From: Chrysomallon squamiferum
Taxonomy: Eukaryota > Animalia > Mollusca
NCBI GenBank assembly: GCA_012295275.1
Contig: CM022671.1
Coordinates: forward strand, 5,766,001-5,830,000
Length of the DNA: 64,000 nucleotides
Direction: 5' to 3'
The position numbers were made by a program, and so were the translations under genes. Shown here piece by piece: positions 28,064 through 40,031 of this stretch. Each line of letters begins with the position of its first letter. Within the stretch, counting starts at the first letter, position 1. Below the pieces are notes generated by a model. The model ran no database searches. It saw only the letters and a list, made by a program, of their open reading frames with translations, and was not told the origin of the DNA.

Positions 28064-30851
28064 TTAGTCCAGTGGTGTGTTGATTCCTTCAGCTCTTAAA
28101 CTCTGCAAAGCAAAAAATAAATAAATAAATAATACAGAAACAACATCAACAAAAATAACTACAACCATAATAATAATAATATAATAATAATAATAATAAT
28201 AATAACAACAACAACAATATGATTAACAATAGCAAAAGAAACAACGATAATGATAATATTACAATAAATAAATAATAATAATGACGACAACAAGACAAAA
28301 CCAGAAAAACAACAATAATAAATACATTTAAAATGTTAATTGAAGTTATTATTTAACAGAAAAAGATTTGGTAAAATCATAATTTACTGACAGGCAAAGT
28401 TTATTTTTGAATAATTTTTTTTTTAAATAAGATTAAATAAATAAGTTAATGGCAATTTTATTTCTTTTCCCTTCTTATTCTTTTATTTTTTATTTGTTTG
28501 TTTATTTGAATGTTTGTTTATTTATTTATTTATTTGTTTGTTCATTCATTTTAAAGAAAATATTAGTTCTTGTTTATTTTTATCTTTTTTTACCGACAAA
28601 ACTAGAAATTTAGAAAAGGGAGATAATTCTACTTACAAGCGACAGAAACTGAAGAAAACGATGAAGGTATTTTATTGGCATATCTGTAATAATAATGATA
28701 ATAATAACAATAATAATAATAATAATAAAAAATAATAATAATAATAATAGTCAGAAGAAGAAGAAGAAGAACAACAACAACAACAACAACAACAACAATT
28801 GAAATCTAAAAAATAAAATATCTCAGCATATTAATACGTGTACACAAACTTGCGTATATGTTTATTTTTTCGTACGCTTATAGATACTCGGACCCTGTAC
28901 ATGCTACTACTCTATGACTAACTCACCATCTAACAAAATAAAGAGACGCTCCATTGTTTCAGGCTCTAGAAATTTGTGCAGTTCGCACTTCTCCCCCGCC
29001 GCCAGGATCTCGTACATAAATATCTCCTCACCCTCGGGCAGCTCTTTGAAGTCGAGAGTGTCTATGAAGTGATAAATCCCAATCGTCTTGTCCAGGTCTG
29101 TGCGACACGAGATTGGTTGTGTGGCTTGTTTTCTCGTCCTCAGCTGAAATTAGTGAGAAATATATATATATTTTTTTTTTTATTTCTGCCGTGATGAAGT
29201 AGTTGTAGTAATAGTAATGGTCGTGGTGGTTGGTGATGGTGGTGGTGGTGGTGGTGGTGGTAGTAGTAGTAGAAGTGATGGTAATAGTAGTAGAAACAGT
29301 ATTGGTGATGGTGATGATAGTTGTGGTGGTAACAGTAGTAATAGTTGTTGTAGTGGTATTGATGATGATTATAGTGATGGTGGTGGTGGTGTAGAAGTAG
29401 TAGTAGTAGTAGTGATGGTAATAACTGTAGAAGTAGTAATGGTGGTGTTAGTAATAGTAGTAGTAGAAGTAATAATGGTGATGGTAGTATTAGTAGAGGT
29501 TGTTTTTGGTGTACTAGTAGTTATAGTTGTTATTGTACTACTAACAGTAAAAATAGTAGTGGTAGTAGCAATAGAGGTAGTAGTAGCAGTAATGGAAGTT
29601 GCTGGAGTATTTGTACCAGTAGTGGTAGTACAAAGAGTAACGGTAGTCACCGTGGAAGTAGTAGTAGTGTTGTAGGTAGTAGGAACAGCAGTAGTAAAAT
29701 ATCAGAACACGTTTTACTGCAGTATTGTGATGATTATGATGATGATATTATTGATAATGAAAATAAAATAGGTAAGTTATGTTATTAGTAAGTCTCAACA
29801 GTGATAGTGATGTAAATAAGACTACTAGTAGAAATAACAGAGGCAACTGTAGTACCGATAGAAGAAGAAGTAGTAGTAGTAGTAGTAGGAAAACATTTAT
29901 CTGTCTGTCTCTCTGTGTGTATGTATATGTATATATATATATGTATGTAATAGCTATAAATATATGTACGCATTCAACATACATGTGTTTATGTAGCAAC
30001 AAAATTTTACCTTCTTGATATCTTTGTAAATACTTTTCGCTATTTCTTTAATTTTGGGTGGGATTTCTGAAAATAATATATTAATGTTATAACTAATTAG
30101 ACTGAAATGAGAATAACAGAAAAAGCATAAATAAAAAGCCTGGTAAAATTCACAATGAAATGTCTTAAAAATGTATTTCAATACAGATTAACACAAATCA
30201 AACACATTCACACCACATACATCATACACACACATACACAGATCATTCACACATCCATACATCCTCACCCAGTCATTATTAAAATTAATAATATGAATAT
30301 TCCATACCATAATAACGCGTACGATACTTATTTTATCTCAGTGGTGCATAACTATGACGTAAATATAGCTCGTCTCCTAGTAATGATATGACGTCATGAT
30401 TGATTACCTTTTTTCAAAGTTTGCACAAAAGTCTTGATCAGTTTGTTCACTGACATTTTGTGCGGTCTTTGCAACAACGACTTTAAATCGTGGCTGGCTT
30501 CCTGTAAAATATCTTCGCTTTCTTCTTCTAGTTTTCGCTTTATATCATCGCTTTTGTGTCTGGAAAATAAATAAATAAATAAATAAAGAACGAAAGATAG
30601 AAAGAAATAAGGAAAGCAAGAAAGAAAGAAAGAAAGCAAGAAAGAAAGAAAAAAATGAATGTGATATTTAGGGGGAAAAAAAAACGAAAGAAAGAAAATA
30701 CTGACGTTAAATCTTCCAGCGACGTTATTGCCTTGGTAACCGCTGTCTTGACAACCTTACTGACCAGTCTGTCGATGACATCCTCTACGACATCCGCCTG
30801 GCAGACGGTCACGACGACCACACCTAACAACAGCAGCTTCGTGGATATCAT
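28064..30851 (-). CDS. Gene B: secreted two-module helical protein ('X' module + 'Y' domain), ~218 aa
   Basis: Exons 30851-30706, 30559-30408, 30066-30011 (56 nt), 29143-28927, 28683-28637 (47 nt) and 28102-28064; phases 2,1,0,1,0 are all consistent. Signal MISTKLLLLGVVVVTVCQA; C-terminus ...FKELPEGEEIFMYEILAAGEKCELHKFLEPETMERLFILLD|DMPIKYLHRFLQFLSL|SLRAEGINTPLD*. AATAAA lies ~55 nt downstream. Confidence 0.88.
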
Positions 30852-32006
30852 CGTTCAGTCTGTTAACAACAAAAAATGTCTCGGCAGTTTCACGAAAAAG
30901 CACGAAGTTTTACGATTGTTGTATTAACAGATATAACTTCTAGGTTGTCGTACTTCTTATCTTTGCCACTGTTGCCATAGAAACAAATTTGCAAATCGGT
31001 TTGGGAAAGTGTGTTATTATTATGTTTTAATTTTACAAATATAACTAATATTTTGTTTATTATTATTTTTTTTAAAGTTATACTGTAAAATATTTAAAGT
31101 CCATTTAAATAATAATGAATGAATGAATAAATTAATTAAAAATAAAATTCATTCATTTATATTATTATATTTTTTATGTTTCTGTTTACTTTTTTAAATT
31201 ACTGATTATTTAGAATTCAATAAATATATTTCCTGACAGTTATTTTTTTTTATATTATTATTATTGTTGTTGTTGTTGTTGTTGTTCTTATTAATAATAA
31301 TAATAATTTATTAATTTATTAATTAATAAAACTAGTGTTTCTATTTTTAAATAAACATCTACAAATATGACAGTATAGTTATTCACCTTTGTACCTACCT
31401 GGATTAAAAGACAGGTAAGTTAGATCTCACATTTTAATAATTTCTAGTAGTCACTAAATTTATTTAAATCATTATTTGTTTTCTGACAGTTACAATTGCT
31501 GTTGAACACGTGGATAGTTAACAAAATGAATCTACAAACAATTGTTCATCTCAAAGATTAATGTTTTTAGTACAAAAAAAAATCTTAGAATTAAAAGTCC
31601 AATCATGTCTTATAACTGGTGAAAATTTCTAGTTTGATTTACAACTTTTTCATCTCAAATAGATTTTTATAGATAGAAGAAAGATAGATGAAAAATCTTA
31701 GAACAGACAGAAAATAGATTTGTTTAACTGGAAAATAGATAGATAGATAGTCAGATAGATAGATAAATAGACAGATAAATAGATAATAAATAAATGGATG
31801 GACAGTTGAATGGGTGGATAGATAGAGAGAAAGAAAGAACGAAAGATAGATACAGACATTTTCATTATCATCATTACATTCTTCATGTTCGTTGGTTTAT
31901 CATTATCATCGTAACAACAACAACAACAACCAACAACAAACAAAATAATAGACAACAACAACAATAACAAAATAAAAATAATAATATTAATTACTTATTA
32001 CTACTG

Positions 32007-32046
<40 letters not shown>

Positions 32047-32548
32047 AACTGTTATTATTATCATTATCATTATCATAATTACTTTTAATATTATTATTAT
32101 TATTATTAAAATTATTCTGTTAAGCATTTTATCGTGTGTAAGTCACAAATGGCCACAGATTAGCCTACAAACACGATTAAAACTGAACAGACGACATTTT
32201 ATCAGTTTTCTTTCATCTTTAATCTGGAATCGGTGAAGAGCGGTTGATAAATGTGACCTACTTTCTCGCCACCTGTCAAAAGTTCCATGCTGATCACGTG
32301 ACCTCCACGCTTTGTAGATTATGAATCAGTAAATGGGTCGAAGGTGTGAGAAAATATTTAACAGCTGTCCTAATATGCGAAGTATTATATTTTAAGTCTG
32401 ATTTATACTGATATTTTTTTTATTATTATTGTTAGTGTTTCCGATATATTTTACTACAAATTTATTCATCGATCCATCCTTCATCAGTTAATTTGTTCAA
32501 TAATATTCGTTCGTTTCATTTTTATTTAATTTTCAATCCTTCTTTCCA

Positions 32549-32587
<39 letters not shown>

Positions 32588-32593
32588 GGTTTT

Positions 32594-32636
<43 letters not shown>

Positions 32637-33906
32637 CTCTCATCATTCTTTTATTCAGTTGTTGATTTTAATATTTTAATAATTTCTAGTAGTCACTAAA
32701 TAATTATTTAAATCATTATTTGTTTGCTTGCCTGATCGTTAGTTGTTGCTGTTATTGATTTTTATATACAGATTTGTTCACAAAATAAATGTACAAGCAT
32801 ATGCGAACTTGGGCACTGAAAATAATTCAATGATGCAAAGATGTATATGTCTTTTACTTATTTGTTTGGTTTTGTGGTTGTTTCCAGGAAGCTGATTATG
32901 TAAAACTAATCTAGTTTACACAGTTTAATGTGCTAACATCTACGAAATATCTATACACATAATTAAATCTCTATTACATTTGAAATTTACATAATGTACT
33001 GAATGGGAAAGTTTAAAATAGACCCCCCCAAAAAAAAAAAAAAAAAAATAAAATTAATATTATTAATTATATTTAAAAAAAAAATGAAAAACGAAGTCAA
33101 ATAAAAAAACAAACAAATAAATAAATAAATAATATTAATAATGAAAATAATAATGATAATAATAATAATAATAATAGTAATAAAAAATAACAATAAAAAT
33201 AAATAGATAGAAATTTATAAAGTTATAGAGTTATATATTTAACATTTATTTTATTTTATTTTGTTTTGTTTTGTTTTAATTTTAATTTTAATTAATGCAG
33301 CATTCAGACTATATAAAATTATATTATAATATTATACTGTAATATTTTCATGACAATCTTATATTACAACATTACATTTTAATATTTTTTATAATAATCT
33401 TATATTACAGTATTTTTACATTTTAATATTTTTATAACAATCTTACATTACAATATTACAGATTAACATTTATTATAATAATCATATATTATAATATTAA
33501 ATTTTATTAAATTTTTATAACCATGTCCAAACGGTTCATTTCTATACAATTGTTAAATTACCTTAAACGTCTTTTTAACAAATTACTTATTTTTTGGCTC
33601 CACGTAGAAAATAAAAATCATCGAATTAACCAAAATTATTTGATATTTCACAACTGATACGAAATCGATCATAATTATAAAGCTACCTTATTTCTATTCC
33701 AGCTGTCCTTGGTAATTTATGGATCAGTGATTATAGAAATAAAATAAATCGGGTCATTTGTGTTACGAATGAAAACTAAAACTAAAAAGAAAGAATTATT
33801 AATTTTAATTTATTTATATATTTTTCAGTTACAAAGATCCAAAGATTTATTCCTGGCCTCGTCTTGAAATGAATGTTTTTAAAACGTATCCAAAGTATGT
33901 CTCTTT

Positions 33907-33988
33907 TCAGTGCACTATTTCTCTCTCTAGTTTCAAACCCTGCAAAATCAAACGTTGTAATGTTTTATTAACATACCTGTGATTGTTA

Positions 33989-34079
<91 letters not shown>

Positions 34080-36271
34080 GCAGAATAAGTGTTCAGATTA
34101 AAAATAATTCAGAAAAATGGTGCATAATTAATAATAATGTCTTCTGCATTGCTATATTTCCAGTTATTCACATTTCATTTAAAAATTTTCATTTTTTTTT
34201 TTTACTTTCTACACCCGAACTGAATTAATTTTAATTCAGTACATCCCAAGAGTAAATTGGTCCTTTCAAAAAATGATTAAAACCGTTCTTACCTGTAACA
34301 GAAAAGCAAGAAACTGCTCTATGTATTTTGTAGGTAAATCTGCAATTAAACACGTTACAAAGTGAAATTTTAAAAATATATAGACACAAACTGAAATATA
34401 CTAATAAGCTTACTCTGTGCTGTATATAGTTACAATAGAGGTTTTTCTCTAAAAATATGTTTGCCTGTTGTCTTTTTTATTTTTATTTTTTATTTATTTT
34501 ATTTTATATAGGGCCTCACAATCTAATATTTTTTCTTAAACTGATATACAATTCTCTGTTGACTTTTATAAAAGTTCCCCACAGCTTTGGGTCTCGTGTT
34601 ATCTAAATACGACATCACCATCATAATCAACATCGTCATCACAAAAAAACTATATAGATTTAATAACTTTATCAAATCCTGGACACTTACTGAATATAAA
34701 CTTGATAAACCAGACACTTACTGTATATAAACTTTATAAACCAGACACTTACTGTATATAAACTTGACAAACCAGACATTCACTGTATACAAACTTCACA
34801 AACCAGACACTCACTGTATATAAACTTCACAAACCAGACACTTACTGTATATAAACTTGATAAACCGGACACGTACTGTATATAAACTTGATAAACCAGA
34901 CACTCACTGCATATAAAATTGACAAGCCAGACGCTCACCGTATATAACTTTGATAAACCAGACACATGCTGTGTACAAACTTGATAAACCAGACACTTAC
35001 TGTATATAAACTTGATAAATTTTTCAAAGCCCAGGTGCTCGAGGACTTCGTTAATCTTGTGACTCTGGACTCCGGCCGCCAACTCGTAGACGGTCATTCT
35101 GTCAGAGACTGGAAGCTTCTGGAAATATCTCTCGTGTTCAATCGCGCTGAACAGAGCCAGAATCTCTTCCAAAGTCACCTTCGTGCCGCTCTTAGGAGTT
35201 GAGACAGGTTTGGAAGAAGTCCTGGTTTCAGCCGTTGATGCGGTAGAGACGTCCGTAAGCGACGGTGACGTTGCTGATGCGGTAGAGACGTTTGTAAGCG
35301 ACTGTGACGTTGCTGATGCGGTGGAGACGTTTGTGAGCGACTGTGACGTTGTTGATGCTGTAGAGACGTTTGTAAGCGACGGTGACGTTACTGATGCGGT
35401 AGAGACGTCTGTAAGTGACTGTGACGTTGTTGATGCGGTAGGAAAGTTTGTAAGCGACTGTGACGTTGTTGATGCGGTAGAGACGTTTGTCATTGGTGGT
35501 GACGTTGCCGATGACGAAGGTGTGTAGGTCACGTATTGTTTAGTTGATGTTTCAAAAGCAGTGGATGATGATTCGCCCGAGGGAAATGACGTTGTTGCTT
35601 TCGTAGGTATCGTTGTCATCGATTCGCCAGAATCCGTTGATGACGTCCCTTCATCTGTCATTCCATACTGTTTTGTCACCCCGCTGGAGTATTTTGATAT
35701 CATGTCCATGGTTGTAAGATCAGAATCTTTTGTTTCCATGGAAACTGTACTTGTACTGTCTGGAAACGTAGAGCTTTGGTAGCTGGGTTGTTCGGATGGT
35801 TTTGAATATTCATAAGTTTTGCTAGTTTCCTGCGGCATTGGTTTGGTAAACAATGTTGGAGGTGCTTCAGTTTTCAATGCAAAAGCCCCTGATGGAGTTG
35901 GCACTAAATGTTTTGGAACGTCAAGAGATTCTGTAGAAATAATCTGTAATAAGAAAACATAAGAAAATATTTTCTTCGTACGAAAAGACAGAAAATTATC
36001 AGAGGCAGACAGAGAGACAGGCAGAAAGTCACATAGAGAGATAGAAAAACAGACAGACAGAGAGACAGACAGACAGATAAATAGACAGACAGATAAGAAG
36101 AATTATGGATACTCAGAAAATCAGAAAATGACTAAAGGAAAAATGGAAAGAAAAACCTACAGAAAGGATAAGAAAGAAAGAAAGAAGGACAAAGGGATAG
36201 ATGGAAAGAAGAGATTGTACCTGTGATATTACAGACAGTGTTAAGATCACTTTCACAACAGATGACGTCAT
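33907..36271 (-). CDS. Gene C: secreted mucin-like Ser/Thr-rich protein with a C-terminal 'Y' domain, ~357 aa
   Basis: Exons 36271-36221 (MTSSVVKVILTLSVISQ, signal), 35943-35001, 34339-34293 (47 nt) and 33939-33907. C-terminus ...FQKLPVSDRMTVYELAAGVQSHKINEVLEHLGFEKFIKFIY|NLPTKYIEQFLAFLLQ|GLKLEREIVH*. A likely non-coding exon has its donor at ~37005. Confidence 0.88.
34660..35020 (-). repeat. 31-bp minisatellite made of the gene C exon end plus splice donor
   Basis: Unit (minus strand) TTTATCAAGTTTATATACA|GTAAGTGTCTGG, ~11 copies. The first copy overlaps the exon ending at 35001. Confidence 0.92.
35235..35490 (-). repeat. 39-bp coding tandem repeat (13-aa TNVSTASTTSQSL, ~6.5 copies)
   Basis: Visible in both DNA and translation of gene C; several units carry an N-V-S sequon. 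Confidence 0.93.
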
Positions 36272-36428
36272 GGTTCCAGTCTAAAATGTAAAAAAAGGAT
36301 TGTAAAATACATTTTCTGAATTCAAGACATTTATCTTTTTGACACTGAAATGTTGAATCACGAACTGAAAACTCAGATATAAATAGACAGTAATATTTAT
36401 GTTTCACCTCTACAAATAATTCAGAACA

Positions 36429-36466
<38 letters not shown>

Positions 36467-36476
36467 GATAAACAAA

Positions 36477-36507
<31 letters not shown>

Positions 36508-36615
36508 TATTTATTTATTTGGGGGGATTTCACACATAAAAATCGAGAAGAAAATGAACAAATATTTTTAATTTAAAAGAAAACAAACAAACAATCGAAT
36601 AAATAAACAAACGAA

Positions 36616-36662
<47 letters not shown>

Positions 36663-36937
36663 ATAAATAAATAAAAAAAATATTAACAAAAAATACTAAT
36701 ATAAAAAATAAAAGAAAAAGAAAGAATCAGAAAACAAACAAACAAACCATAAAATGCGCTTTTCCTTAACCAGAACTTTACACCAACGTTATGATTGTTA
36801 AGCAAACGTATGCATATTTTTAATATGCCAAATCTTTTTTGAAGGTAACCTATTTTATTCAAACAAAATATTATTGTTTAAAATCTGTAACACTTAAATT
36901 ATAAATATATACATATATATTGCTGTTTCAGTAAAAC

Positions 36938-36975
<38 letters not shown>

Positions 36976-37198
36976 ATAAAACAAAATAACGGAAAGTGGC
37001 TTTACCTGTAGAGAATCCGAGTTTTAGAGCTTCCAGTAGGTCACGTTATCAGAGGACGATGTCACGTGGTCTGTTGGGGAAAAACGCGGGAGTTTTTAAT
37101 AATTTAAAATTAGGGGTAGTTTATATCTGATCATAAATACAGAAATAAATTGAATTTTACTAACGACGAGGTGTGAATTTTATATTAATGAAATAGTA

Positions 37199-37257
<59 letters not shown>

Positions 37258-37509
37258 CAATTTGAAAAGAGCGCAAAACAACAACAGCACCTACAGACAA
37301 TAGGTACACTGAGTACGTAGATACACAAAGGGAGAGAGAAGTGAGAAAGATAGAGATATTATTAGACCTAAATTAAGTTAGGAGATTTCTAAAAGTGTAT
37401 GTATGTTTTCGTATGTTGTTTGTATGTATATGAACGTATGAATATATTTATTTGTATGCATGTGTGTTCATGGTTATATATGTGTGTGAATATAAGAATT
37501 TGTATGTAT

Positions 37510-37670
37510 GTATTACCTATATAGGCTATGATTAACTTTGTGTGTATGTATTATTTATATAGGCTATGATTAACTTTGTGTGTATGTATTATTTATATAG
37601 GCTATGATTAACTTTGTATATATGTATTATTTATATAGGCTATGATTAATTCTGTATGTATGTTTTATTT
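37510..37670. repeat. 38-bp minisatellite
   Basis: TATATAGGCTATGATTAACTTTGTGTGTATGTATTATT, ~4 copies. Confidence 0.85.
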
Positions 37671-38173
37671 TGTATGTATGTATGATTTATATTGGCTAGA
37701 ATATGATTAATCTGTATTCGCCATAATTAAAGAAATGAATTTAATTATTATATTTTCAAATACAAGTCGAAATTTACTTACAAATCAAGAGTCATCCATC
37801 CTGTCTCTTTATGTCTATATGTCTGTCTGTCTGTTTGTCCGTCTGTCTCTCTGTCTCTCTATCTATATTTTTTTCTTATCTGTTTCTTTTTCCCTCCCCC
37901 CACGCACAGATGTATTTTTTTCTTCTTGTTTGTGTTTATGCCTAGAACAAAGAACAAAAATATTTAGTATAAGTTCGTTTTTCAAAAAAAAAAAAAAAAA
38001 AAAACAGTATCCATACTTAATGAGATCATTTCTTAACTTGATTTTAAAAATCACTTGCTCAGTCAAAGTTAATTATTAACGTTTAGGCAACAGCGTCTCT
38101 TATTCAAAGCCCGTGACTGTGATTACATCTTTCGAAATCTCCATACTATGCTGTTGAGTTTCTCATTCTGTAG

Positions 38174-38216
<43 letters not shown>

Positions 38217-38781
38217 CTTTATCTCAAACTGCCGGCAAATCACGTCCGTTTCACCCATACACCATATTATTTTATTAAAGTACATTCTTCATTTTTATTT
38301 ATTTCTGTTAGTTTGCAAAGCAGAAAATAATAAAAATTTCTTTATAGTTTAACAGATTATTATTCCTTTTTAGTTGGTTCCATTTATTTAGTGTTTTTGG
38401 AATTTTCTAACAGAATTAGTTAAACCGTTTCGATAAAACAGGTTGTGTGAACATAGTTTTAGTCAAATCATGTCAGTGTTCCCCCCACCATAGGTTAATG
38501 CATCGACCGTGTTTGTATAAATTAGAAAGCAAACTGGATTCATATATGTGTTATCTTAACTAACTAAATAAATAAATGAATGACTAATTGAATGGATAAA
38601 TAAGTAAGTACGAAAATGAATAAATAAAGAAAAACAAAATGAATAAATAAAGAAACAAACAAATAAATAAAAAAAATTAAAGACAATACATAAACTTTCA
38701 ATATTTATTTATTAAAATATTAAATTTAGAATGATGTGAACACAATATTTGTAATGAAATCTCTTTGAAATCGCTTTGAAA

Positions 38782-38806
38782 TCATTTCGTGAACTGCAAA
38801 ACATAA

Positions 38807-38840
<34 letters not shown>

Positions 38841-38903
38841 GTAACAATAACAACAACAACAATAAAAACTAATAATAATAATAATAATAACAACAACAAC
38901 AAC

Positions 38904-38935
<32 letters not shown>

Positions 38936-39361
38936 TAATAATAATAATATGCCTCTCATTTTCTTTCTCTCCCTCTATCTCTCACTCTTTCTATGAACAT
39001 ATCTCTTGTGTTTCCGCGTATTAATGACTATATCATTTTTGTGTCTAACTATTCAGTGTATTAACAATACTGTCTGACAAATATCAACATATATTAAACT
39101 ACCGTTCTTGATGATGTCATAATTTCATCGTTATATTTCAGTATCGCATAATTATTAATTTACCTTAGACAGCAGATGAATAATTCCGTTTAACTTTTCT
39201 GTCGTTTTGTGTGGAACTGCTGCAATAATAAAAAAAAAATCCTTTGAAATGTATTTATATATATATATAAATCATTGATGGTCATAATAAGAATAACATA
39301 GAGTGCCCGAGATTAGAAAGATAGAAGGTGGCCTTACGGATTACATATACATACACACACA

Positions 39362-39403
<42 letters not shown>

Positions 39404-39649
39404 TACCTTTGGGACTGTTCACTATTGCGTCTTTAATGATGTGTTTCGCTAGTAACGGGATATTTTCCTGCGATGGCGTGATGCCGTACATTTTAGCAAG
39501 ATGTTTGAAAGAATTAGGAAGACGAAGTTGTTCTGGATGATGACGTCGCAAGTCTTTTTTCGACAGCCGATTGAAGTCGAACTTTTCTTTGATAGTCTTC
39601 TCAGCTTTGCTCAGCAGTTCCTTGCTGATCAGGTTTTTTACACTGTTTC

Positions 39650-39715
<66 letters not shown>

Positions 39716-39992
39716 TGATAACAATGATGATGATGATAATAATATTGATAACAACAATATCAATTATTATTATTATAAAAAATAAATACAGCAACGATGA
39801 TGATAATAATAGTAGTAATAATAATAAAACAGAAAAACCATTGATAATGATAATTATTATGATGATGATGATGATGATGATTAACGTAACAACTGCACAA
39901 CTAATATTAGAACTATTAGATAAACTTAATTCTGAAGAAGTAAAGTATGGACAGAAAGAGAAAGAGAGATGTGAAAAGAAAGAAAAATCATT

Positions 39993-40031
<39 letters not shown>

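Noticed and set aside
29217-29675. Val/Gly-rich plus ORF and Thr-rich minus ORF (29369-29650) inside gene B, at the position where gene C has its mucin stalk
   Set aside because: Degenerate (GTA/GGT)n microsatellite; no usable donor precedes the stop on the minus strand, and the flanking exons already join in phase.
36132-36407. Cys-rich 91-aa minus ORF upstream of gene C
   Set aside because: The real exon is in another frame (36271-36221, signal peptide) with a proper acceptor and an in-phase donor.
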